Shown: piece after piece, positions 9,744 to 18,329 of the stretch
Layout: the number at the start of each line of letters is the position of its first letter
How positions within the stretch are numbered: the first letter of the stretch is position 1
Source: an uncultured cyanobacterium
GTDB lineage: Bacteria; Cyanobacteriota; Cyanobacteriia; Cyanobacteriales; CAWCAG01
NCBI GenBank assembly: GCA_963803805.1
Contig: CAWDOD010000002.1
Coordinates: 704,001-768,000, forward strand
DNA: 64,000 nucleotides
Direction of reading: 5' to 3'
Program-made: the position numbers and the translations under genes
Notes under the pieces: generated by a model
What the model was told of the DNA's origin: nothing
Seen by the model: only the letters and a program-made list of their open reading frames with translations
The model's database searches: none

Positions 9744-12215
9744 ATGTTTGAACGCTTCACGGAAAAAGCCATTAAGGTGATCATGTTGGCTCAGGAAGAG
9801 GCACGTCGCCTGGGGCATAATTTTGTAGGTACTGAGCAGATTCTTTTGGGTCTGATCGGTGAAGGAACAGGGGTCGCAGCAAAGGTGCTGAAATCCATGG
9901 GTGTCAATCTCAAAGATGCTCGGATTGAAGTCGAAAAAATTATCGGCCGCGGCTCTGGCTTCGTAGCAGTAGAAATTCCTTTTACCCCCAGAGCAAAGCG
10001 AGTTCTAGAATTGTCTCTAGAAGAAGCTCGTCAACTCGGACACAACTACATTGGCACAGAACACTTACTCCTCGGATTGATTCGAGAAGGGGAAGGTGTG
10101 GCGGCTAGGGTGCTGGAGAATCTGGGAGTAGACCTATCAAAAGTACGTACCCAGGTGATCCGGATGTTAGGAGAAACAGCAGAAGTGCCTGCTGGAGGAA
10201 GTCAAGGTAGGACGAAAACCCCAACTCTCGATGAGTTTGGTACTAACCTGACTAACTTAGCATCAGAAGGAAAACTCGATCCAGTAGTAGGCCGCCAAAA
10301 AGAAATTGAAAGGGTAATTCAAATTCTCGGACGGCGTACCAAAAACAACCCCGTTTTGATTGGGGAGCCAGGAGTAGGAAAAACAGCGATCGCAGAGGGT
10401 TTAGCCCAGCGCATCGCTAATAATGACATTCCCGATATTTTAGAAGAGAAACGGGTTGTCACCCTTGATATTGGCTTGTTGGTGGCGGGAACTAAGTACC
10501 GAGGGGAATTTGAAGAGCGCCTCAAAAAGATTATGGATGAAATTCGTCAAGCCGGGAATGTCATCCTGGTGATTGACGAAGTACATACTCTAATTGGTGC
10601 AGGGGCCGCTGAAGGAGCTATTGATGCTGCCAATATCCTCAAACCAGCTTTAGCTAGAGGAGAATTGCAATGTATCGGTGCAACAACCCTCGATGAATAC
10701 CGTAAACATATTGAAAGGGATGCCGCCCTAGAGCGTCGTTTCCAACCAGTTATGGTAGGGGAACCAACCGTAGAAGAAACTATTGAAATTCTCTACGGTT
10801 TGCGCGATCGCTACGAACAACATCATAAATTAAAGATTCTTGATGAAGCTTTAGATGCGGCAGCTAAACTTTCTGACCGCTATATTTCTGATCGTTATTT
10901 ACCAGATAAGGCCATTGACTTAATTGATGAGGCTGGTTCTAGGGTAAGACTTATCAACTCCCAACTGCCCCCCGCAGCTAAGGAGTTGGATAAGGAAATG
11001 CGTCAGATCCTCAAACAAAAGGATGATGCGGTGCGGTCGCAAGATTTTGATAAAGCTGGGGAACTGCGCGATCGCGAAATGGAAATTAAAGCAGAAATTA
11101 GGGCGATCGCCTCAGCGAAAAAAGGGGAAGGGGAAGGGGAAGATGCCAACCCCATGGTAGATGCGGAGGAAATTGCTCACATTGTGGCTTCTTGGACAGG
11201 GGTTCCGGTGAATAAGCTCACCGAATCTGAGTCTGAGAAACTCCTCCATATGGAAGATACCCTTCACCAGCGCTTAATTGGTCAAGAAGAAGCGGTGAGG
11301 GCGGTTTCCCGCGCTATTCGTAGGGCTAGGGTTGGTTTGAAAAATCCTAATCGACCTATTGCTAGTTTTGTTTTCTCTGGTCCCACTGGGGTTGGTAAAA
11401 CTGAGTTGGCTAAATCTTTGGCAGCTTACTTCTTCGGCTCTGAAGATGCGATGATTCGCCTGGATATGTCGGAATTTATGGAGCGTCATACAGTTTCTAA
11501 GCTGATTGGTTCTCCTCCGGGATATGTCGGTTATAACGAAGGGGGGCAGTTAACCGAAGCAGTACGCCGTCGTCCTTATACTGTGGTGCTATTCGATGAA
11601 ATCGAAAAAGCCCACCCTGATGTGTTTAATATGCTGCTGCAAATCTTGGAAGATGGTCGTCTTACGGATGCTAAGGGGCGGACAGTAGACTTTAAGAATA
11701 CCTTGCTGATTATGACTTCTAATATCGGTTCTAAGGTGATTGAAAAAGGTGGCGGTGGTTTAGGATTTGAGTTTAGCGACGATTTGGCTGAATCTCAGTA
11801 CAACCGCATTCGTTCCTTGGTTAACGAAGAACTGAAACAGTACTTCCGTCCTGAGTTCCTTAACCGTTTGGATGAGATTATCGTCTTCCGTCAGCTTAAT
11901 AAGGAAGAGGTTAAAGAGATTGCCGAAATCTTACTTAAGGAAGTTTTCGGACGACTTACAGAGCAAGAAATTACTCTGGAAGTCAGCGATCGCTTTAAAG
12001 AGCGTTTAGTTGAGGAGGGTTACAATCCTGCCTATGGTGCTAGGCCTTTACGTCGCGCAATTATGCGTCTTTTAGAAGATGTCTTAGCAGAAGAAATTCT
12101 TTCTGCTCGCATTGGCGCAGGAGATACTGCCTACGTTGATGTTGATGATGATGGCAAGGTGAAAGTAACTGCTAGCGAAACTAAGCGAGATTTGATCGCT
12201 CAAGGTGCTGAGTAA
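9744..12215 (+). CDS. clpC: ATP-dependent Clp protease ATP-binding subunit ClpC
   Basis: [32 protein letters not shown]; two Walker A motifs ([16 protein letters not shown]); UVR domain; LGF ClpP-binding loop. Confidence 0.97.
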   Translation: MFERFTEKAIKVIMLAQEEARRLGHNFVGTEQILLGLIGEGTGVAAKVLKSMGVNLKDARIEVEKIIGRGSGFVAVEIPFTPRAKRVLELSLEEARQLGHNYIGTEHLLLGLIREGEGVAARVLENLGVDLSKVRTQVIRMLGETAEVPAGGSQGRTKTPTLDEFGTNLTNLASEGKLDPVVGRQKEIERVIQILGRRTKNNPVLIGEPGVGKTAIAEGLAQRIANNDIPDILEEKRVVTLDIGLLVAGTKYRGEFEERLKKIMDEIRQAGNVILVIDEVHTLIGAGAAEGAIDAANILKPALARGELQCIGATTLDEYRKHIERDAALERRFQPVMVGEPTVEETIEILYGLRDRYEQHHKLKILDEALDAAAKLSDRYISDRYLPDKAIDLIDEAGSRVRLINSQLPPAAKELDKEMRQILKQKDDAVRSQDFDKAGELRDREMEIKAEIRAIASAKKGEGEGEDANPMVDAEEIAHIVASWTGVPVNKLTESESEKLLHMEDTLHQRLIGQEEAVRAVSRAIRRARVGLKNPNRPIASFVFSGPTGVGKTELAKSLAAYFFGSEDAMIRLDMSEFMERHTVSKLIGSPPGYVGYNEGGQLTEAVRRRPYTVVLFDEIEKAHPDVFNMLLQILEDGRLTDAKGRTVDFKNTLLIMTSNIGSKVIEKGGGGLGFEFSDDLAESQYNRIRSLVNEELKQYFRPEFLNRLDEIIVFRQLNKEEVKEIAEILLKEVFGRLTEQEITLEVSDRFKERLVEEGYNPAYGARPLRRAIMRLLEDVLAEEILSARIGAGDTAYVDVDDDGKVKVTASETKRDLIAQGAE

Positions 12216-12239
12216 GTAGTAGCACAACATAGTTAATTT

Positions 12240-12278
12240 AAACAGTGGGAAGTTGGTTGATTTTCCCACTGTTTTTTT
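12240..12278 (+). terminator. Rho-independent terminator after clpC
   Basis: Stem AAACAGTGGGAA / TTCCCACTGTTT followed by a T run, ~25 nt after the clpC stop. Confidence 0.75.
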
Positions 12279-12322
12279 ATGAATCTTTTCGGGTTAATGT
12301 TAATAATTACGAGGCTAAACTT

Positions 12323-12616
12323 ATGACTCCAAACCTTAAAGCTGCGATCGCAGCCATTAAACCACTTTCACCTGTAGAGCGTCAGCAACTGCTACAAATT
12401 CTTAACCAGGATATTCCAAATCCTGACTACCAAGCTGATTTGGTAAACCTCAGTAGCCAATTTTGGCAAGGTGTTACTTTAAAGCAATTATGCACTAATC
12501 AAACACCCAAGACCATTTTTAATATCAAAGATTTAGCTGCTGATTTTTGGATAGAAGAGGATTCCATAGAAGATTTTCTGGTTTTTCTTCGACAACAACG
12601 ACAAGAAGCCATTTAG
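12323..12616 (+). CDS. Hypothetical protein, antitoxin-like
   Basis: ATG at 12323 preceded by GAGG; LSPVERQQLLQIL...FWIEEDSIEDFLVFLRQQR. Confidence 0.6.
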   Translation: MTPNLKAAIAAIKPLSPVERQQLLQILNQDIPNPDYQADLVNLSSQFWQGVTLKQLCTNQTPKTIFNIKDLAADFWIEEDSIEDFLVFLRQQRQEAI

Positions 12617-12657
12617 CTAAAGCTCTATACTGAAAGTGAGCTTCTAGGACAAATTAC

Positions 12658-12972
12658 ATGACAGCAGTCATTTCAGAACATATTGACATTACCCCAGGCG
12701 TATGTGGTGGTAAACCACGTATTGCTGGACATCGGATTAGAGTACAAGATATTGCTATTTGGCACGAACAGATGGGAATGTCTCCTGATGAAATTGTCTC
12801 GCGCCATCCTAGTATTACTTTGGCAGATGTCTACGCCGCCTTAGCTTATTACCATGACCATTTTGAAGAGATTAGAACAGCCATTCGAGAAAGTGAGACT
12901 TTTGTGCAGAAGTTGCAAGAAACTATTCCTTCTAAAGTACAGCAGAAGTTAAGAGGCACAATAGTCCCTTGA
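12658..12972 (+). CDS. DUF433 antitoxin-like protein
   Basis: ITPGVCGGKPRIAGHRIRVQDI...ITLADVYAALAYY. Confidence 0.9.
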   Translation: MTAVISEHIDITPGVCGGKPRIAGHRIRVQDIAIWHEQMGMSPDEIVSRHPSITLADVYAALAYYHDHFEEIRTAIRESETFVQKLQETIPSKVQQKLRGTIVP

Positions 12973-13052
12973 TTAGTGAAATAGTGCGGGGATTAGTTTT
13001 GATTTGGGAAGTATTAAAGCAGCAAGAGATTTTGCTAGATTGTTTGTTATAG
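12969..13052 (+). pseudogene. Remnant (C-terminal helix only) of a DUF5615 PIN-like toxin
   Basis: Reads ISEIVRGLVLIWEVLKQQEI.., resembling the DUF5615 C-terminus, at the position where the toxin normally follows DUF433. Confidence 0.5.
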
Positions 13053-13059
13053 CCAGCGA

Positions 13060-13470
13060 ATGAGAGATAAATTTCACAATGCTGTAAAACACGGACTAGA
13101 AAAGGATGGCTGGACAATTACTGATGATCCTCTGAGGATTAGGTCTGGCCGAGTTGATATGCAAATAGATTTAGGGGCTGAGAGATTACTGGCAGCAACA
13201 AAAGGAAACGAAAAAATTGCTGTTGAGATAAAAAGCTTTACCAATCCATCTAATATTTCTGAGTTCCATACGGCTCTGGGACAATTTTTAAATTACCAAG
13301 TTGCTTTAGAAGAGCGTAACTCAGAATTTAACTTGTTCCTAGCAGTACCGATTGGCACATTCAGAACTTTCTTTAGCTTGCCATTTGTGCAAACGGTAGT
13401 TAAGCGTTTCCAACTTAGTCTCTTGGTTTATGACCCATCCGAAGAGGTGATTTTAGAATGGAAAAAGTAA
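13060..13470 (+). CDS. xisH: XisH-family protein
   Basis: RDKFHNAVKHGLEKDGWTITDDP...IDLGAE...IAVEIKSF...ALGQFLNY. Confidence 0.92.
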   Translation: MRDKFHNAVKHGLEKDGWTITDDPLRIRSGRVDMQIDLGAERLLAATKGNEKIAVEIKSFTNPSNISEFHTALGQFLNYQVALEERNSEFNLFLAVPIGTFRTFFSLPFVQTVVKRFQLSLLVYDPSEEVILEWKK

Positions 13471-13793
13471 TCCAATATCGCCAATATATTAAACAACTTT
13501 TGAGGGATTATGCCAGTAAAAGTCCATCTGATCAAGATGTGGAAACTGCATTAATCTTTGACTCAGATCATGACCATTATCAAGTTGTTTACACAGGCTG
13601 GAAGAATCGCCAACCAATGTATGGTTGTGTTCTACACTTCAGCATCAAAAATGCCAAAATTTGGATACATCATGATGGCACTGAAATTGGTTTTGCTAAC
13701 GAATTTGTTAAGTTGGGAGTACCGAAGAGCGATATTGTACTAGCATTTCAAGAACCTGCTATGCGACAATACACTGATTTTGCAGTGGGCTAG
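13458..13793 (+). CDS. xisI: XisI-family protein
   Basis: DHDHYQV..GW...KIWIHHDGTEIGFANEFVKLGVPKSDIVLAF; overlaps xisH. Confidence 0.92.
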   Translation: MEKVIQYRQYIKQLLRDYASKSPSDQDVETALIFDSDHDHYQVVYTGWKNRQPMYGCVLHFSIKNAKIWIHHDGTEIGFANEFVKLGVPKSDIVLAFQEPAMRQYTDFAVG

Positions 13794-13901
13794 TAGTTTG
13801 TCAATTTTCAATTGACGGGTAAGGGGTCAAGGGGAAAGGTTAAGGGAAATGAAGAATTTAGAATTATTACCCCATTTTGGATTGTGCCTTTATTATCTCT
13901 G

Positions 13902-14090
13902 TTGCGGAACGATTCATTTGCCATACAGTATAACTAATACTTATTACTTAGCCATTCATTCCTGTTACGGAGCCATTCATTTGACTTACTATATAATTCA
14001 TTCTTATTACGCAATGATTCATTCATAATACGGAATGATTTATTTGACTTACGGAACGATTTATTTGACTTAATGTATAATCAAATCTTA
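13902..14090. repeat. Degenerate tandem array, 9 x 21 bp
   Basis: Exact 21-nt period without indels, e.g. TTACGGAGCCATTCATTTGAC, ATACGGAATGATTTATTTGAC, TTACGGAACGATTTATTTGAC. Confidence 0.85.
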
Positions 14091-14098
14091 TTACATAA

Positions 14099-16108
14099 CT
14101 AATTATTTTTCTTACTGAACCATCTTTTCACTAAAGACAATAGCCTATCTCTCCAATTCTCTACTTTCCCCATCCTCCTCAGAAGGGAAGCCAAATTATT
14201 CCGAGTAGCCACCGTATTGGGATGATTTTTACCTAAGACCTTTTCACATAACTCTAAAGCCTGTAGTAAAAAAGGTTCAGCCTCTTCGTACCTCCCTTGG
14301 TCATAGTAGAGTACTGCCAGGTTGTTAACACTGGTTGCTACATGAGGGTGTTCTTCTCCCAAGAGTTTTATTCTTAGGTATAAGGCTTGTTGATACAAAG
14401 GTTCAGCCTCCTCGTACTTCCCTTGGTCATTGTAGAGTAATGCCAGGTTATTGACACTGCTTGCCACATGAGGATGGTCATCTTCCAGAAGTCTTCTTAA
14501 GGCTTGTTGATACAAAGATTCAGCCTCCTCGTACCTCCCTTGGTTATCGTAGAGTAATGCCAGGTTGTTGAGACTGGATGCTACATCAGGGTGGTCATTT
14601 CCTAGGAGTTTCTTTCTTAGGTCTAAAGCTTGTAGATACAAAGGTTCAGCCTCCTCGTACCTCCCTTGGTTATCGTAGAGTAATGCCAGGTTGTTGAGAC
14701 TGGTTGCTACATAAGGGTGGTCATTTCCTAAGCGTGCTTTGGTTTTTTCTAAGCATTGTTTTCTATGGGGTAGTGCCTGTTGATAAATACCTTGCCCTTC
14801 GTAAAAACGAGCCATACCCACAAAAGGCCAAATTAAATCTTCATCCTCGACAAATTCAGTCCAACTTGCTAAAACCTCTCCTAAATGGGGAATTGCCCCC
14901 GTAAACTTGGCTACATCTTCTAGGGTTGTTGTCTCAGGTATCTCCTTCGCTACAGCCACCATCACCTTACAGAAACTCTCCTTCAACCTCGCACAACCCT
15001 CCAACTCCCCTAACTTCTCCCGCAAAAACTCATGAATCAAAGAATGAAGTTCATAACTCCCTTTACCCTTCCTTTGCAACAAACTAGCTTCCAACAAAAC
15101 CTCATCCCGGATATCTTCCAACTCCTCCTTATCCTCATTCGGTAAACAACTCTCCACCAAACCCCAAGCAAAAGGCGCAACAGCAAACACACTCAACAAA
15201 CAAGCCACCTCCTGGGCAGACTCATTTAACTCCTGCCAACTCAACTCAAAGGCTGCCCTCACTCCCCTTTTTGCCGTCATATCTCCTGGGATTTTCGTCA
15301 ATGCCCTCTGGCTTAACTTCTTCTGTTGCAAACGCTGTTGCATCTCCCCCAAAGATAAATCCTGCTTCCCCTTGAGATAACGCCCCACCAACTCTATCCC
15401 TAAAGGCAAATATCCCAACCACTCACAGATTCTTTTAGCTGTTTCCCTTTCCCTATCTATCCTTTCTTCTACCTCTACCAAAAACTCCAACAACTCCAAA
15501 GCCGCAGCTTCTGTTAATACCTGCAACTCCAAATTGGTAAAGCCTGCGGTTAAACCCTGTTGCCTGGTGGTGACTAAAACCTTAAATCGATTTTCTGTGG
15601 GTAAATAGGGACGGAGGTTTTTGAAGTTAATTACATCGTCCAAAATTAATAAAACTTCCCCAGGAAACCAATTATCCCAGCAATATTGCACCTGGGTGGT
15701 TAAATCCACATCCTTGGGAATGTTTAACTTTCGGTAAGTTAACCCTAATTCAATAATCTGTGCTGGTAAGTCCTTATCCCTGACATCTAACCAACAAATA
15801 CCCCCAGGATAGGTATTCTCTTCCCGATATTGATAGGCATATTGAATAGCTAATTCCGTTTTGCCAATACCCCCCATCCCCGTAACGGCAGTGATGGCAA
15901 CCTTTTCCTTTTCCTGTAATTCTTGGTGTAGGGTTTTTAATTCTTCTTTTCTACCGACAAACTTAGCAGTAGGGAAAGGAATAGAGAAAGGAGGTTTACT
16001 TTCCTTTTCGGGGTAATTATATTGATGAATTTCCTGCTTGATGTTGCTATTAACCGCCTTACCAACACCAGTAAAGTTTTTGATCTCGTCCCCTTGATTT
16101 TCTGCCAT
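14099..16108 (-). CDS. NB-ARC (STAND) ATPase with C-terminal 42-aa TPR repeats, NLR-like
   Basis: FVGR, Walker A GMGGIGKT, Walker B LLILDDV, LVTTR, YLPL, LHSLIHEF; repeats HPxVAxSLNNLALLYxxQGRYEEAEPLY. Confidence 0.92.
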   Translation of the reverse strand: MAENQGDEIKNFTGVGKAVNSNIKQEIHQYNYPEKESKPPFSIPFPTAKFVGRKEELKTLHQELQEKEKVAITAVTGMGGIGKTELAIQYAYQYREENTYPGGICWLDVRDKDLPAQIIELGLTYRKLNIPKDVDLTTQVQYCWDNWFPGEVLLILDDVINFKNLRPYLPTENRFKVLVTTRQQGLTAGFTNLELQVLTEAAALELLEFLVEVEERIDRERETAKRICEWLGYLPLGIELVGRYLKGKQDLSLGEMQQRLQQKKLSQRALTKIPGDMTAKRGVRAAFELSWQELNESAQEVACLLSVFAVAPFAWGLVESCLPNEDKEELEDIRDEVLLEASLLQRKGKGSYELHSLIHEFLREKLGELEGCARLKESFCKVMVAVAKEIPETTTLEDVAKFTGAIPHLGEVLASWTEFVEDEDLIWPFVGMARFYEGQGIYQQALPHRKQCLEKTKARLGNDHPYVATSLNNLALLYDNQGRYEEAEPLYLQALDLRKKLLGNDHPDVASSLNNLALLYDNQGRYEEAESLYQQALRRLLEDDHPHVASSVNNLALLYNDQGKYEEAEPLYQQALYLRIKLLGEEHPHVATSVNNLAVLYYDQGRYEEAEPFLLQALELCEKVLGKNHPNTVATRNNLASLLRRMGKVENWRDRLLSLVKRWFSKKNN

Positions 16109-16192
16109 TGGCTTTAGATGATTAAGTAATGGTTTTTCCTACACCCCAATGGTTTCAATCCACTTATTCTAACCTTGAAAAAATCAACCATT

Positions 16193-16336
16193 TGTAGGGG
16201 CGACCCGTTGATATCAACCTGGCTACTGACAAATCAATTACATTGGGTCGCCTGCACCACCAATAATTACTGGTCAGGGCGACCCATTATATTGAGGGGT
16301 GGGTGACTAAAACAAGGAAAGCGGGTCGCCCCTACA
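16193..16336. repeat. REP/MITE-like element with 15-bp perfect inverted ends and nested internal copies
   Basis: TGTAGGGGCGACCCG (16193-16207) and CGGGTCGCCCCTACA (16322-16336); internal GGGTCGCC and GGGCGACCC. Confidence 0.8.
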
Positions 16337-16460
16337 TATCACTAATTTTTTGATTTTTACCTTGACATTCAAGACAATCATGGTGGGCAAAGAAATCAGT
16401 TTTGATTTACACCCAATCGTTTGATATTAATTTGCCTACCCTACCAAGAACTTTAAATTC

Positions 16461-16496
16461 TTGTTCCCCCAGAATTGGGGGTTAGGGGGCAAAACG
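16461..16496. repeat. Short G/C hairpin repeat of a type dispersed in cyanobacteria
   Basis: CCCCCAGAATTGGGGGTTAGGGGGC directly after the stop of the small gene. Confidence 0.55.
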
Positions 16497-16503
16497 ATCA
16501 AAT

Positions 16504-16932
16504 TTATTCTACCTGTTTAACTTCCTCAGCCTCCGAAGCAGGCAACCCAGGTAATTCAATCTCAAACTTATCTGATAACTCTAAAACATTATTAGTAAAA
16601 TCCGTTGCCGTCGCCACCGCACCACTAAGGGGCATCGAAACTGCTAAAAGTGCTGCCAAACCAGCCTTGAGCTTAAAACGCTTCTTCTTCTCATCAGGAT
16701 TATTCACCTGTTGTTGTAAATCTTCTAAATGACTTTCTGCTTCTTCCCTTTGTTCGTCAGGAAAACTCTTAGCTAAATTAGATAACGAATCAATTAAGCG
16801 AATAATCTCAGCTAAATCCTGTTTCTCATTCTTATTGATGTTGTTTAAATTCTGAGTAACTGTCCCCCCTGAAACTTTACCAATACCGACAAAGTCCTGA
16901 ATTGTATCCCCAGAAGAATTTTTGTTAACCAT
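16504..16932 (-). CDS. Small NLR-partner protein: N-terminal G/N/Q-rich motif plus helical domain with hydrophobic segment
   Basis: ATG at 16932 preceded by AGAGGA; N-terminal motif matches the N-terminus of the adjacent NB-ARC protein; contains KLKAGLAALLAVSMPLSGAVATA. Confidence 0.8.
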   Translation of the reverse strand: MVNKNSSGDTIQDFVGIGKVSGGTVTQNLNNINKNEKQDLAEIIRLIDSLSNLAKSFPDEQREEAESHLEDLQQQVNNPDEKKKRFKLKAGLAALLAVSMPLSGAVATATDFTNNVLELSDKFEIELPGLPASEAEEVKQVE

Positions 16933-17000
16933 AACTATCCTCTTTACTTGCGATCGCACTGGTTAAATTCATTCTAAAACTTTTAAGAAGCGGGTTTTTC

Positions 17001-17651
17001 TTAACCGGATTTGATATTATTTCCTAATCTCTTCAAAACCCTTAACACCTCATAAAGCTCATTTTGCAGAGGTAAAAGGGAAAAAATACGAGAAATATCA
17101 TATTGCGGTGTTCCCTGACGACTTAATTTCAGAAAGAAGAACTCTCCCCCGTTAGTTGCTATAGCAAACACTGGCTTTTCCCTATCAGGACTAGCCATCA
17201 TATAAGCTAAAGTTTGAGGAATTGCTAGATCAAGGTTAACTTCTTTCCCTTTAGATTCTAAAACAGCTATCCATAATCCTTGAGATACTACTAAAAAATC
17301 AACTCTCCCTCGTAAAACTTCATCAGAAACTTCGCTTTTAGCCACAGATGTACTAACTTCAACCGCAACTTCTCCTTGCATCTGAAACGGAGGATCATAA
17401 AAACCAGCTAATTCTAATAAAGGTGATAAAACTAGTAAGTTAACTAAACTTTCAGCTAAATTACCGTTCGCTCTATGATAGCGATATCTAGCTTTAATTC
17501 TGTCTAAAACGGCTTTTTCTGCCTCAGTTAAAGCGGCTAGATTTTGCTGCCATTCGGTAAAAAAGTCAACATCAGCACTACGAACTAAATTAAAATGCCG
17601 CTCTGCTTCTGCAATAGTGGTAATTCTTTTGGTAATTGCTGTTTGAGCCAT
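17001..17651 (-). CDS. Stand-alone type I restriction HsdR N-terminal-like PD-(D/E)XK protein
   Basis: LSPLLELAGFY..PF...LRGRVDFLV...VLESK...AIPQTLAYM...ATNG; family common in cyanobacteria. Confidence 0.78.
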   Translation of the reverse strand: MAQTAITKRITTIAEAERHFNLVRSADVDFFTEWQQNLAALTEAEKAVLDRIKARYRYHRANGNLAESLVNLLVLSPLLELAGFYDPPFQMQGEVAVEVSTSVAKSEVSDEVLRGRVDFLVVSQGLWIAVLESKGKEVNLDLAIPQTLAYMMASPDREKPVFAIATNGGEFFFLKLSRQGTPQYDISRIFSLLPLQNELYEVLRVLKRLGNNIKSG

Positions 17652-17705
17652 TGGGATTAAAGATAAACTCTACTGGTATAGTTTCCTAGAATATCTTTAT
17701 TTGGA

Positions 17706-18209
17706 GTGGTGATGGTGCTACGAGACGAGCCTTTAGATTGGGAAGTTAACGGAGAAAAACAGTTCTTACCAGTTTATTACCAAGGTGAAATTGTTGGTTT
17801 CTTACAACCGGAATATGCTAAACAGGTTGTGAGATTTTTTAACGAGGAGATTCGGCAAAATAAAGCCTTAGAAAAAGCCTGTCGTGACCTAATTATTGAG
17901 CGGGGAGGGGATTTAAGGGAAGTATCTGAGTTGGCAAAAAGTTATAGAAATCAAGTGGAAAGACCGAAATATGGTACAAAGGCGATCGCAATTCTTTTAA
18001 GAGAGAGGCAAAAAGAACTAGATGTAAGTAAGAAGGACTTTATTCGCTTTTGCGATTCCTACAAGTTATCCTTAGATGATCTTAAGGATATTTACAGCGA
18101 CAAAGAGATTAAGGATAGTTCTATTTTGCCCTTAGCTCGTATCTTAGGTAAAACCCCTAGAGAGGTAAAAGTAGTCCGAGATGGTTGTCCCCCGGAAGAA
18201 GAAATTTAA
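17706..18209 (+). CDS. Hypothetical protein, possible C-terminal HTH (probable start 17712)
   Basis: 167-aa ORF, GGAG before ATG 17712; C-terminal LARILGKTPREV is HTH-like. Confidence 0.6.
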   Translation: MVMVLRDEPLDWEVNGEKQFLPVYYQGEIVGFLQPEYAKQVVRFFNEEIRQNKALEKACRDLIIERGGDLREVSELAKSYRNQVERPKYGTKAIAILLRERQKELDVSKKDFIRFCDSYKLSLDDLKDIYSDKEIKDSSILPLARILGKTPREVKVVRDGCPPEEEI

Positions 18210-18226
18210 TCTGTTTGCGATAAATA

Positions 18227-18262
18227 ATTGTTCGGCTTGCGGTTGTAGTAGAGAATCATTGA
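18227..18262. repeat. Dispersed ~36-bp repeat, copy 1 of 3
   Basis: ATTGTTCGGCTTGCGGTTGTAGTAGAGAATCATTGA; related to 47836-47870 and the reverse complement of 25690-25725. Confidence 0.7.
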
Positions 18263-18329
18263 TAACTGCTCACCGATACAAAACGTTTATAATTATTGAA
18301 AACCGTTAGTAATTTATTCCTATTAATCT

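Noticed and set aside
13060-13793. fdxN-type excision element
   Set aside because: No XisF-like recombinase or interrupted gene nearby; stand-alone xisHI pairs are common in cyanobacteria
13902-14098. Read-through extension of the NLR into the 21-bp array
   Set aside because: The heptad frame is offset from the NLR frame and contains stops
14099-16932. Diversity-generating retroelement
   Set aside because: No reverse transcriptase and no template/variable repeat pair with adenine-specific differences seen
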